Shown here piece after piece: positions 37,908-47,598 of a stretch of 64,000 bases of DNA. Positions within the stretch are counted from its first letter, which is position 1; each line of letters opens with the position of its first letter. Source of the stretch: a virus (Duplodnaviria > Caudoviricetes); the IMG/VR virus record IMGVR_UViG_3300025021_000154, positions 1-64,000 of that record, one strand, 5' to 3'. The notes beneath the pieces were generated by a model. That model was not told the origin of the DNA and ran no database searches. It saw only the letters and a list, made by a program, of their open reading frames with translations. Made by a program: the position numbers and the translations under genes.

Positions 37908-39437
37908 ATGCCGACCTATCTATCGCCCGGGATTTACACCCGGGAAACGGACTTCAGTTTCTATGTGAAGCAGATCTCTACCTCGTCGGCCGCCATGGTC
38001 GGTGTGCCCGAGAAAGGCCCCATCAACAAGCCCGTGCTGGTGACGAGCTGGGAGCAGTTCATCAACCGTTTCGGCTCCTACATCAACGAAAGCTATCTGG
38101 CCTACGCCGCCCGGGCGTTTTTCGATAACGGCGGCTCGGTTCTCTATGTCAACCGCATCGCCCATCTCACCGATCCCACCGACCGGGACACGCTGACGGC
38201 GCTCAAGTCTTCCATCGTCCTGCAGAATCGGGAGGCGACGCCCGCCGACGCTCTGCGGATCGAAGCCGTGAACGAAGGCGTCTGGGGCGACCGGCTCTCC
38301 GTCTCCATCGAGGACGGCTCCCTTAATCCGGCCAACCATTTCAACCTGGTGGTCCGGCACAAAGGTGATGTGGTCGAGGTGTTCAAGGATCTGAGCATGG
38401 ACGAAACCCAGCCCAACCATGTGGAGCTGGCGATCAACGACCGCTCGGATTTCATCCTGGTGCAGGATCTGGCCGCCACGTCGGGAACGCCCGGCGACCG
38501 TCCGGCATTGGGCGTGTTCACGCTCACCGGCGGCGACAACGGGCTGACCGATCTGACCGATGCAGACTTCATCGGCGATCCCTCGCAGCATACCGGCCTC
38601 TATGGCTTTGACGAGATCGACGCCCTGAACCTGCTGATGGTCCCCGGCGTCACTACGGTGCCGGTGATCAACGCCGGAATCGCCTATGCCGAGGGGCGCA
38701 AGGATCTGCTGTTCATCGCCGACACGCCCATGCACCTGGAGCCGCTCGAAGCGGTCGACTTTCGCAAGGGCCAAGGGATGTACAGCCACGCGGCCTTCAA
38801 CTCCTCCTACGCGGCGCTCTACTACCCATGGCTGGAGATCAGCGATCCGGTCAACTCGCGCAAGAAGCTGGTGCCGCCCTGCGGCGCGGTGGCGGGATGC
38901 ATCGCCCGCAGCGACCAGAAGACCAACGTCTGGAACGCGCCCGCCGGTATCGAGCGGGGCCGCATCTTCAACACGCTCTCCCTGGCCTACAAGACCAGCC
39001 GTGGCGAGCGCGATGTGCTCTATCCGGAAGGGGTTAACGTCATCGCCGTGTTCCCCGACACTGGCATCAACATCTGGGGGCAGAAGACACTGCAAAGCCA
39101 GCCCTCGGCCGTGGACCGCATCAATGTCCGCCGCCTGATGATGTTCATGGAGGAAGCGATCTCGGAATCATCCCGCTTCGTGGTGTTCGAACCGAACCAT
39201 CCCCAGACCTGGCGTGCCCTCGGCCGCCTGATCAACCCCTTCCTGCAGGACATCAAGGACAAAGGCGGTCTCTACGACTTTGCCTTCCAGTGCGACGAGG
39301 AGACCAACACCCCGGCAGTCATCGACCGCAACGAAATGGTGGCCCGCGTGTTCGTCAAGCCGACCAAGACGGCGGAGTTCATCGAGCTGAACTTCATCCT
39401 GACCAGCACCGGCGCTGACTTCAAAGAAATCATCTAA
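37908..39437 (+). CDS. Contractile tail sheath protein
   Basis: YLSPGIYTRE, YYPW, PPCG.VAG, APAG, WGQKTL, INVRRL, FEPN, KTAEFI. Confidence 0.96.
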   Translation: MPTYLSPGIYTRETDFSFYVKQISTSSAAMVGVPEKGPINKPVLVTSWEQFINRFGSYINESYLAYAARAFFDNGGSVLYVNRIAHLTDPTDRDTLTALKSSIVLQNREATPADALRIEAVNEGVWGDRLSVSIEDGSLNPANHFNLVVRHKGDVVEVFKDLSMDETQPNHVELAINDRSDFILVQDLAATSGTPGDRPALGVFTLTGGDNGLTDLTDADFIGDPSQHTGLYGFDEIDALNLLMVPGVTTVPVINAGIAYAEGRKDLLFIADTPMHLEPLEAVDFRKGQGMYSHAAFNSSYAALYYPWLEISDPVNSRKKLVPPCGAVAGCIARSDQKTNVWNAPAGIERGRIFNTLSLAYKTSRGERDVLYPEGVNVIAVFPDTGINIWGQKTLQSQPSAVDRINVRRLMMFMEEAISESSRFVVFEPNHPQTWRALGRLINPFLQDIKDKGGLYDFAFQCDEETNTPAVIDRNEMVARVFVKPTKTAEFIELNFILTSTGADFKEII

Positions 39438-39452
39438 CGGGAGAACACGGCT

Positions 39453-39914
39453 ATGAGAAGCGGAAACATGCCCAAGAGCCTTTACCAGAACTGGCAGTTC
39501 GCCATCGAGGTAAACGGCTTCGACGTGGCCCTGTTCCACAAGGGACAGGAGCCTAAAACCGAATTCGAGGAAGTTGCCTTCGCCCCGGCTGGTTCGATGT
39601 TCGACCAGAAGGTGGCGGGGCGGGTGAAGTTCGAGGACATAACCCTCGAAAAAGGAAACCTGCAGGACGGCTCTGATGAGGCGGCCCGCGAGTGGATCAA
39701 GAAACAGGTGGACGTGAACGCTGTCACCGGTGGTCTTCCGGCCGACTACATGCGAGACATCGACGTTGTCCGTTACGACCGCACCGGTAATGAGACCCGC
39801 CGCTGGACCCTGCACGGTGCCTGGGTCAAGGCGCTCGAATACGACGAGCTCGAAGGCGGCAACACCGAAAACACCATCGAGAAGCTGACCATCTGCTTCC
39901 AATACTGGACCTAA
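39453..39914 (+). CDS. Tail tube protein (T4 gp19-like)
   Basis: FAIEVNG, GRVKFEDITLEKG, RRWTLHGAW. Confidence 0.93.
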   Translation: MRSGNMPKSLYQNWQFAIEVNGFDVALFHKGQEPKTEFEEVAFAPAGSMFDQKVAGRVKFEDITLEKGNLQDGSDEAAREWIKKQVDVNAVTGGLPADYMRDIDVVRYDRTGNETRRWTLHGAWVKALEYDELEGGNTENTIEKLTICFQYWT

Positions 39915-39929
39915 CCCGGAGGATCGACC

Positions 39930-40607
39930 ATGTACACCTTTGAACTACCAGGCGGCATCGAACTCGAGCTCCGGGAGATGACCGGTGCCGAAGAAGAATT
40001 GCTCACCAACCAGCGCCTGATCCGCTCCGGAGAGGCGATAAACCAGGTGCTTCGCAACTGCTTCGTGAAGCTGGGCGACAAGACCGACCCGGATATCGGC
40101 GAGGTGATGAACCTGCTCTCTGGAGACCGGCTGTTCGCCCTCGTCCGTCTGCGCCAGATTTCCCTCGGTGACGAGGTGGAGCTGGAGCTGAGCTGCCCCA
40201 ACACCGCCTGCCGCATGACCAACTACGTGACCGTCAACCTCGAAGAGCTGAAGGTCACGCCTTACGGGGAACAGCGGGAGTTCGAATTCAAACTACCCGG
40301 CTCGAAGAAAGCCGTTCGTTTCGGCTATCTCGACGGCAACAAGGAAAAACGCCTGGCCAGCTTGCGTGAGCCGAATATCACTTCGGCCATGCTGATCCGG
40401 ATTATCGACATCGACGGTAAGGCACCCACCAAGAAAAGCCTGGCGGAAATGTCGATGCGCGACCGCAGTGCCCTGCGCCAGGAGATGTCGCGGGTGGACG
40501 CCGGAATCGACACCTCGGTCGAGATGGAATGCGACGGCTGCGCTACAAAAATCCGCACCCGGTTGGAGGCGGAACCGGCTTTTTTGTTCCCCGGAGTTCG
40601 CTTGTAA
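39930..40607 (+). CDS. Tail assembly chaperone G (T4 gp26/baseplate-hub-like)
   Basis: Between tube and tape measure; REMTGAEEE, GDRLF, CPNTAC; slippery T TTT TTG near the 3' end. Confidence 0.8.
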   Translation: MYTFELPGGIELELREMTGAEEELLTNQRLIRSGEAINQVLRNCFVKLGDKTDPDIGEVMNLLSGDRLFALVRLRQISLGDEVELELSCPNTACRMTNYVTVNLEELKVTPYGEQREFEFKLPGSKKAVRFGYLDGNKEKRLASLREPNITSAMLIRIIDIDGKAPTKKSLAEMSMRDRSALRQEMSRVDAGIDTSVEMECDGCATKIRTRLEAEPAFLFPGVRL

Positions 40608-40753
40608 GCGACGTCTTCTTTCTCGCTTACGGCGGACTGCACTGGGGCTATTCGGAAACCCGCTCACTGACGCTCAGAGTCAGGCGACAGTTCGTCGAGG
40701 CTCTTGAGCGGCAGCTTGATTTCGAACGAGAGCAAACGGAACGGCATAAATGA
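40580..40753 (+). CDS. -1 frameshift extension giving the GT chaperone
   Basis: T TTT TTG at 40580-40586; the -1 frame is open to 40753 and abuts the tape measure start. Confidence 0.75.
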   Translation, partial: FFVPRSSLVSDVFFLAYGGLHWGYSETRSLTLRVRRQFVEALERQLDFEREQTERHK

Positions 40754-43700
40754 ACGGTGATCTCGGACTGGGCATAGTGGTATCGATGAAGGATGCGTTT
40801 TCGCAGAACGCGCAACGCATCCGTGGCTCCATGATGGATCTGGACTCCACCGTGGCCGATGCCAGCGAGCGGATGACCCGCAACATGGACCGCATCCAGC
40901 AAGGCACCATGATGCTGGGGGCGGGTTTGGCCCTGATGGCCGCGCCCGCAGTTCTAGTCGCCTCCACCGCAGCGACCCAAAAGGCCCTTGGCGAGCTGGC
41001 GTCCCTCGGCGTGCAGGACCTCCGGGCCATCGAGGACGCCGCCGAATCCTTCACCAACCAGTGGTCCGGTGCCGACAAGGCCGCTTTCATCACCGCCACC
41101 TATGACGTGAAATCGGCACTGTCCAACCTCAGCGACGAGGCGGTGGGCGTCTTCACCTCCATGGCCGCCATGACCGCCAAGGCGACCAAGGCCACCACCC
41201 AGGAGATGGTCGGCACCTTCACCACGGCCTACGGGATTTTCAAACCCATCATGGCCGACATGAACGACATGGAATGGGCGACCGCTTTTTCTGGAGCCAT
41301 GGCGCAGACCGTGGCCTCGTTCAAGACCAACGGCACCCAGATGGCCGACGCCATCAAGAACATCGGCGCGGTCGCGGCGGCGAGCAACATCCCGCTAAAC
41401 GAGCAGCTCGCCGTGCTCGGTCAGCTTCAAACCACCATGCCGGGCTCCGAGGCGGGCACGCTGTACAAGGCGTTTATCATGAAGGCGGCCGAGGCCGGTG
41501 ACGAGCTTGGCCTGTCGTTCATCGACACCAGCGGCCGCCTCAAGGGCGTGGTTCCCATTCTGCAGGAGATCAAGCGCCAGTTCCCCGATCTCTCCAATGC
41601 CGCCGCCCAGGTGAAGCTGAAGAAGGCCTTCGGTTCCGACGAGGCGGTCAAGTTCCTGCTGCAGATGTCGGCGGGAGTGGATTCCCTCGAGGGCAATATC
41701 CAGTCGGTCGGTCGCGCCATGAAGACCGGCACGGTGGTCACCGAACAGATGGCAGACGCCATGAACCAGGACATCGGAGCCCGGTTCGTGCTCGTGCGCC
41801 AGCAGATGGCCAACCTCAGCGAAATTCTGGGACGCACCTTGCTGCCGGTGGTGACACCGGTCATCAACGGTGTCTCCCGCGTTATTCTCTTCCTGCAGCG
41901 CATGGCCAAATCGATGCCGGGCGTGACCCGGGCGATCCTGGGACTATCCATGGCCCTCGGCACCATTCTGGTCGTGGCCGGAGCCGTCACCGCCGCCGTG
42001 GGGATGGTGGGACTCATGCTTCCCGCCATCAAGGCCGGGTTCGTGGCCATCAGCGCCGCGCTGGCCGGGGTGGGTTCGGCGGTCGCGACCTATTTTCTGC
42101 CCGTCATCGCGATCATCGCGGGCGTGATCCTCTCGGTGTATCTGCTCAAACGCGCCTGGGAAACCAACTTCGGCGGTATCCAGGACGTCATCACCGGAGC
42201 CTGGAACAAGGTCTCACTGGCGTTCCGGGGGATCAGAGAGCTGGTGGATTCGCTCAGCGGCGGCGTGGGTCAGATGTCGGCCGAACTGGCACAGAAGCTC
42301 GAATCCGCCGGGCTGCTGGGCTTCGTGGTCACCGTCTTCAAGGCCTATTACCGGGTTCGTGAGGCCATGGCCGGATTGTGGGGCGCGTTCTCTCATGCCT
42401 TTGGGCGCATCCGAGCCATCCTTGAGCCGACCGTCCGCACCCTGATGAGCGCCTATGCGGCACTGGCCAGCGCGGTCTTTTCGGTGGTGGAGATTTTCGG
42501 CGTGGCCGCCAGCGCCACCGACGGTTCGTCCTGGCGAACGTTCGGCACAGTCATCGGCACTGTCGCCGGTGTGCTTCTTCAGGGGTTGGCCTTCGCCCTG
42601 AAGATCGTGGCCTGGAACCTGTCGCTCATCGTGCGAGCCCTGGCGGTGGTAGTGCGCAGCGTGGTCTGGGTCGGCAAGATCATCGTCGGCACCTTGGTCG
42701 GTGCCGCCAAGTTCATCTACAAGTTCCTGTTGCCCGTGCGGATGATCGGCGAGGCCTTCGTGGCCGCCGGGAAGATCGTCTATGCGGTCTGGCAGGTGCT
42801 GAGCGGCGACATCTCCCTGCTCGACGGCCTCAAGGCCATTGGCGGCGCGGTCTACGATTTTCTGGCCACCCCGTTTCGCTGGGCGCGGGATGTGGTGGTC
42901 GGCGTCTGGAATTTCATTTCCGGCATCTTCACCTCCATCGGCCGCCTGGTGACCGACGCCGCCGGACAGATCGGCCAGGCGATTCTGAACCTGCCGATCA
43001 TCAGCACTCTGCGCGATCTGTTTGCCACCGTGCGCTCCTTCTTCGCCGGGGACACGACCTTTTTCGAGGCGGGCAAGAAGCTGCTGATCACCCTGGGTGA
43101 GGGGATCTGGTCGGCGGTGACCTATCCCTTCACCATGCTCAAGAACGCCCTGGGCAAGCTGCGCAATCTGCTGCCGTTCTCCGACGCCCGGGAAGGACCG
43201 CTCTCCAGCCTGACCGCTTCCGGTTCCGCGCTGCTCAAGACCCTCGCCGAGGGCATGAGCCTTACTCAGTCACTGCCCGCAAAAGTGTTCGGCTTCGCCG
43301 CTCGCGGGATTCTCTCGGCTGCTGCGGGAGCCTGGCAGCAGATCAAAACGGCGGGCGGCAACCTCATGGACGCCGCCTCGGTTCCCTTCCGCATGGCTGG
43401 AAAACTCTGGGATGGGTTGACCTCCGGGGCTCAAACCGTCGCGGCCAAGGCCGGTGCCATCTTCGGCGGTCTCAAACAATCCCTGTTTAGCTATACACCC
43501 GAGCTGGCGCTCAAGCCGTCCCAGGTCAACGCCTGGGACGCTCTGTCCACGGGAGCCGTCAATCTCCGCAACCGGATCGTTGCCACACTGTCGGCCGTCC
43601 CCGGGGCTGTCGGTCGAATCTTTACCAACGCCGGTGCCGAGGGGCAAACCCTCTGGCAGAGGCTTTCCACTGGCGCGAGCGCGGGCATTCAGGCGATCAA

Positions 43701-44385
43701 GGATAGAAGCGCTGGGATCGCCAACGGTTTGCTCTCCTCCGCTCGTGCCATGCTGGGAGTCCAGACCCCGATTCCGCAGGTGGCCGAGCAGAAGCAAACA
43801 CTCGGAGCTGCGCAGCCCGCCGAATCGATTGGGCAACGCATCATCGAAAGCGTGCTGAGTCTCGTGCCGCGTCTGGACGAGCGCCTGGTGCCCAAGGCCC
43901 TGAGCGCCATGCTGATGCTCCAGCCGGTCATGGCCACTGCCGCGCCGCCTCCGCAACCGATGAACGGCATCGTGCAGACCGTCGCAGCGGCCGTCGAGCC
44001 GGTAAGTAAGAGCTATATCCAGCCGTTCGCGGTGGAACCGCCACTGGAAAACGGAGATGCCTCTCTGGCTCCGGCCGGGATCGAGCGGCCCAAGACAACC
44101 GCGCCGACTCCGATAGCGAAGCCCCTGCAATCCGGACTCACCGAGACGGTGCCTTCCGAACGGTTGATCGCTCCGGCCCGCACCGCTCCCGCGACACCCA
44201 TGCGCGGAGAGGAAGCCGGTCCGGGAGTGCGCGAACTGCTGGAATCCCTGCTCTCGCGCCTCGATGGCCTGGCCGACCGCCCGGTGGAATTGAGCGTGAC
44301 CACCAACATCGATGGTCGGAAGGTGGCCGAGGCGGTCTACAAGGACCTGCGGGAGCGGAAGATCAGAAACTACGAAACCCTGTGA
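40750..44385 (+). CDS. Tape measure protein (TP901-like)
   Basis: 1211 aa, Ala-rich helical, LGIVVSMKDAFS start, hydrophobic repeats. Confidence 0.93.
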   Translation: MNGDLGLGIVVSMKDAFSQNAQRIRGSMMDLDSTVADASERMTRNMDRIQQGTMMLGAGLALMAAPAVLVASTAATQKALGELASLGVQDLRAIEDAAESFTNQWSGADKAAFITATYDVKSALSNLSDEAVGVFTSMAAMTAKATKATTQEMVGTFTTAYGIFKPIMADMNDMEWATAFSGAMAQTVASFKTNGTQMADAIKNIGAVAAASNIPLNEQLAVLGQLQTTMPGSEAGTLYKAFIMKAAEAGDELGLSFIDTSGRLKGVVPILQEIKRQFPDLSNAAAQVKLKKAFGSDEAVKFLLQMSAGVDSLEGNIQSVGRAMKTGTVVTEQMADAMNQDIGARFVLVRQQMANLSEILGRTLLPVVTPVINGVSRVILFLQRMAKSMPGVTRAILGLSMALGTILVVAGAVTAAVGMVGLMLPAIKAGFVAISAALAGVGSAVATYFLPVIAIIAGVILSVYLLKRAWETNFGGIQDVITGAWNKVSLAFRGIRELVDSLSGGVGQMSAELAQKLESAGLLGFVVTVFKAYYRVREAMAGLWGAFSHAFGRIRAILEPTVRTLMSAYAALASAVFSVVEIFGVAASATDGSSWRTFGTVIGTVAGVLLQGLAFALKIVAWNLSLIVRALAVVVRSVVWVGKIIVGTLVGAAKFIYKFLLPVRMIGEAFVAAGKIVYAVWQVLSGDISLLDGLKAIGGAVYDFLATPFRWARDVVVGVWNFISGIFTSIGRLVTDAAGQIGQAILNLPIISTLRDLFATVRSFFAGDTTFFEAGKKLLITLGEGIWSAVTYPFTMLKNALGKLRNLLPFSDAREGPLSSLTASGSALLKTLAEGMSLTQSLPAKVFGFAARGILSAAAGAWQQIKTAGGNLMDAASVPFRMAGKLWDGLTSGAQTVAAKAGAIFGGLKQSLFSYTPELALKPSQVNAWDALSTGAVNLRNRIVATLSAVPGAVGRIFTNAGAEGQTLWQRLSTGASAGIQAIKDRSAGIANGLLSSARAMLGVQTPIPQVAEQKQTLGAAQPAESIGQRIIESVLSLVPRLDERLVPKALSAMLMLQPVMATAAPPPQPMNGIVQTVAAAVEPVSKSYIQPFAVEPPLENGDASLAPAGIERPKTTAPTPIAKPLQSGLTETVPSERLIAPARTAPATPMRGEEAGPGVRELLESLLSRLDGLADRPVELSVTTNIDGRKVAEAVYKDLRERKIRNYETL
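43978..44009 (+). promoter_or_regulatory. Phage-sigma promoter motif copy 8 (variant, inside tape measure gene)
   Basis: ACCGTC-N14-GCCGGTAAGTAA. Confidence 0.5.
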
Positions 44386-44393
44386 GAGGACCG

Positions 44394-44705
44394 ATGAAAC
44401 GCATCTTTGTCTGCAGCCCGTTCGCGGGCGACATAACCCGAAACGTCAAGGTCGCCGAGGCACTTTGCCGCCAGGTCATGAGAAGCGGCCACGCGCCGTT
44501 CGCGCCGCACTTGCTGTATCCGACCTTCACCGACGACAGCGTTCCCGAGCAGCGGGAGACGGGTATCGCCTGCGGCCTGGCCTTTATGGAGTGCTGCGAC
44601 GAGGTGTGGGCGTTCACCGGCAATGGTATTTCCAGCGGCATGCGGCGGGAACTCGACCGGGCTGGACAACTGGGCAAGCCAATCATCAAGATTGTCGAGG
44701 TGTAA
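44394..44705 (+). CDS. DUF4406/DUF7768-like (nucleoside deoxyribosyltransferase-like fold) protein
   Basis: IFVCSPFAG, APHLLY, CDEVW, SSGMRRE; ATG 44394. Confidence 0.75.
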   Translation: MKRIFVCSPFAGDITRNVKVAEALCRQVMRSGHAPFAPHLLYPTFTDDSVPEQRETGIACGLAFMECCDEVWAFTGNGISSGMRRELDRAGQLGKPIIKIVEV

Positions 44706-44707
44706 GG

Positions 44708-45178
44708 ATGGCCTGGGATCAACAGCCCATCAAGGGATATCTGGTGGATGCCGACACGGGGGAGCGGCTCGAATTCCAGTACAACCCCAACTCCATCAGC
44801 GACGAGAAGTCGACCGACTACGCGACGATCAAGATCCCCGGCATGAGCCATCCGCGTTACCAGTACGTCGCTGGGGAACCACGCCGGATCGCCTTCAAGG
44901 TCGAGCTGTTCAAAGGGCCGGTAAAGCAGAAGGTCGACTGGCTCCGCTCGTTGCAATACCCGGAGCACGCCGGAACCATGCTCAAGAATGCGCCGCACCG
45001 CGTGCTGCTCATCTTCGGCGATCTCTATCCCGGCGTGACCTGCATCGTCCGGCAGGTGAAGGCGCGGTTCTTCGGCCTGTTCGATCGGGACAACCTGCTG
45101 CCGCAACGGGCCGAGGTGGATATTGTCCTCGAGGAATACGTGGACCGTTCCATCAACTGGTCGGAGGTGCGCTCATGA
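44708..45178 (+). CDS. Tube initiator / CIS tube-like protein
   Basis: EFQYNPNSIS..K, PRYQYVAGEPR, FGDL; ATG 44708. Confidence 0.8.
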   Translation: MAWDQQPIKGYLVDADTGERLEFQYNPNSISDEKSTDYATIKIPGMSHPRYQYVAGEPRRIAFKVELFKGPVKQKVDWLRSLQYPEHAGTMLKNAPHRVLLIFGDLYPGVTCIVRQVKARFFGLFDRDNLLPQRAEVDIVLEEYVDRSINWSEVRS

Positions 45179-45465
45179 TCGGCCGTGATTCCCGATACGC
45201 CCGCTGCGTTCTCTACCGGGACAGCGACGGCACCTCCCTCGGCATGCGCCAGCGCATCGACACCACCCCCAGATACGACGACCGCCTGCACACCGTGGTC
45301 GAAGGCGACCGCCTGGATCTGCTCGCGCACCGCTATCTGGGCGATGTCCGGCTCTGGTGGATCATCTGCGACTACAACGACATCTTCTTTCCGCTGGAAC
45401 TCGAGCCGGGCCTGGCGCTGCGCATTCCCTCCCGCGAACATGTTCAAATGCGCCTGCTCGACTGA
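45175..45465 (+). CDS. LysM-type tail protein X
   Basis: HTVVEGDRLDLLAHRYLGD..LWW.I.D.N..G.ALRIP. Confidence 0.85.
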   Translation: MIGRDSRYARCVLYRDSDGTSLGMRQRIDTTPRYDDRLHTVVEGDRLDLLAHRYLGDVRLWWIICDYNDIFFPLELEPGLALRIPSREHVQMRLLD

Positions 45466-45469
45466 GGTT

Positions 45470-45501
45470 TCCGACACCTCGCCATGCCTTCCGGTAAGTA
45501 A
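45470..45501 (+). promoter_or_regulatory. Phage-sigma promoter motif copy 9
   Basis: TCCGAC-N14-TCCGGTAAGTAA. Confidence 0.78.
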
Positions 45502-45531
45502 GCAGGGAACTGCGAACCGCCGGAGAGACGC

Positions 45532-46815
45532 ATGGATCTGGATACCTTCAAACCGACATTTCTGATTCAGATCGAGGGGCAAGCCCTCTCGAAGGACATC
45601 ACCCAGGAGATCACCTCGTTCGTCTTCACCGACAACGAGGAGGAGCTGGATATCCTCGAACTGTCGGTGACCGACCGCAACCTGCAGTTCGTCGATGACC
45701 CTCTGTTCCAGGAAGGCAATGAGATCGTGGCCCGCTTCGGCTACGTGGGGAACCTCTCTCCGCGTAAGAAGGCGGTCATCAAAGACATCGATTACGATTT
45801 TCCGGAAAACGGCGACCCGACCATCCGCATCAAGGCCTACGACAAGGGCTTTAAACTCGCGGGCAAGGAAAACCAGAAGGTCTGGCAGAAACCCGCTCCC
45901 GGCATCCTCTATTCGGAAATCGCCGAGCAGATCGCCGCCGCCAACGGCCTCACGCCGGTGGTTACGGCCACCAAAGGCAACCATCTCCGCGTCACTCAGA
46001 GCAACATCTCGGACGCTCAGTTCCTCAAGGAGCTGGCGGAAAAGGCCCGCGACCGCGATGGCGACGGTGTGAGCGGCTATGTCTTCTACGTCCAGGACGA
46101 CGAACTCCATTTCCATCCCCGCGAGCTCGACCAGACGCCGCTTCTGACCCTCGAATATTTCACCGACACCAAAGGCCTGTTGCGTTCGTTCCGTCCGAGC
46201 ACCCAGTCCCAGGGAGCCAAGGGCGCGGGTGTCGAGACCAAAACAGTCGGCATCGACCCGCGCAAGAAGGATGTGGTCGAGCACAAGGCCAACAACGCCA
46301 CCACGCCCGAGCGGACGGCCCTGGGCAAGCAAACCTATCTGGTCGACGGCAACACCGGCGAAGGCAGCTTCAAGGAACAGGAGACGGGGCAGATCGTGCC
46401 CAGCTTCGACCGTTCCGAAGGCTTTCACGAAGAGCCGCGCCAGGAGCCCGCCCAGGACAACGCCGAAGGCAAATTCCGCGAGGCCGAGCTGCGCCAGGTC
46501 GAGGCGGATGCGGCCACCATCGGCATTCCCCAGCTACGCGCCAAGAAGAACGTCGAGATCAAGGGCGTGGGACGGAAGTTTTCCGGCATCTATTACTGCC
46601 ACTCGGTGCGCCACAGCATCAGCGGCGCTGGCTATCTCTGCGAACTCAAACTCAAGAAGAACGCCCTCGGCAAGGGCGCGGGCGACAAGTCCGCCGAGTC
46701 CCAGGGCAAACCCAACGACAAGGAGGCCCCGCCCACGCCGCAAAACGAGCCGCCAGCCATGGTGACCATCGACGCGGATTCCGGCGCGGTCACACAAGGA
46801 GGCGGCAATGGGTGA
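45532..46815 (+). CDS. Baseplate hub (late control gpD-like)
   Basis: Q.NISDAQFL.ELA, GIPQLRA..KGVGRKFSGIYY..VRH. Confidence 0.88.
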   Translation: MDLDTFKPTFLIQIEGQALSKDITQEITSFVFTDNEEELDILELSVTDRNLQFVDDPLFQEGNEIVARFGYVGNLSPRKKAVIKDIDYDFPENGDPTIRIKAYDKGFKLAGKENQKVWQKPAPGILYSEIAEQIAAANGLTPVVTATKGNHLRVTQSNISDAQFLKELAEKARDRDGDGVSGYVFYVQDDELHFHPRELDQTPLLTLEYFTDTKGLLRSFRPSTQSQGAKGAGVETKTVGIDPRKKDVVEHKANNATTPERTALGKQTYLVDGNTGEGSFKEQETGQIVPSFDRSEGFHEEPRQEPAQDNAEGKFREAELRQVEADAATIGIPQLRAKKNVEIKGVGRKFSGIYYCHSVRHSISGAGYLCELKLKKNALGKGAGDKSAESQGKPNDKEAPPTPQNEPPAMVTIDADSGAVTQGGGNG

Positions 46816-47182
46816 TCTCAGCAAGAATTCCAACCGTTCGGAATTCGCCTGCAAGGGCAAGAACTGCTGCGGCCATTCGGCTGCGGTCCATCCCGACCTG
46901 GTCGACGCCCTGCAGGCGTTGCGCGACCGCATCGGCAAACCGCTGTCCATCACCAGCGGCTTCCGCTGTAACCGGCACAATAAGGCGGTGGGCGGCGCGG
47001 AGCAGAGTTTCCACACGCTGGGCATGGCGGCCGACGTGAGCTGTCCCGCAGGCGTTTCGCCCGAGGAACTGGCAGTCATCGCCGAGGAGATCCCGCTCTT
47101 CCGCGAGGGCGGCATCGGTGTCTATGCCTCTTGGGTGCATCTCGATGTGCGCCAGTCGGGCAAGGCGAGGTGGCGGTCATGA
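46808..47182 (+). CDS. Peptidase M15 endolysin
   Basis: SGFRC..HN..VGG..SFH..G.AAD..WVHLD zinc-peptidase motifs. Confidence 0.9.
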   Translation: MGDLSKNSNRSEFACKGKNCCGHSAAVHPDLVDALQALRDRIGKPLSITSGFRCNRHNKAVGGAEQSFHTLGMAADVSCPAGVSPEELAVIAEEIPLFREGGIGVYASWVHLDVRQSGKARWRS

Positions 47183-47598
47183 GCGCCGAAACCAAGAACC
47201 TGTTTTCGGGCACCGCGCTGGGTCTCTCCGGGCCGCTTCGGGTGGAGATACTTCCCAATGGAATGACCGCCAGGCTGACTCAGCCGTTCCGTGTCCGTAC
47301 CGGCGCTGGCCGCATCATCGAAGTGACCGCTGGGTTCGAGACCGACTTCGCCTCGGTGCCGCGCCTGTTCTGGCGCGTGGTGCCGCCCTGGGGGAGATAT
47401 TCCCCGGCGGCCGTCGTTCACGACTACCTCTACCACACCGGCAAGGTCTCGCGGCTTGCTGCCGACCGCGTCTTTCTCGAACTGATGGCGGCCCTGGGCG
47501 TGCCTCTATGGAAAAGGCAGGTCATGTATTGGGCGGTTCGCCTGGGCGGCTGGCTGGCCTGGGACACCAGTCGAAAACGGGAGACGGAGCATGCTTGA
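47179..47598 (+). CDS. DUF1353 protein
   Basis: GFETDFASVPR, AAVVHDYLY, AD.VFLE.M..LGV. Confidence 0.88.
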   Translation: MSAETKNLFSGTALGLSGPLRVEILPNGMTARLTQPFRVRTGAGRIIEVTAGFETDFASVPRLFWRVVPPWGRYSPAAVVHDYLYHTGKVSRLAADRVFLELMAALGVPLWKRQVMYWAVRLGGWLAWDTSRKRETEHA

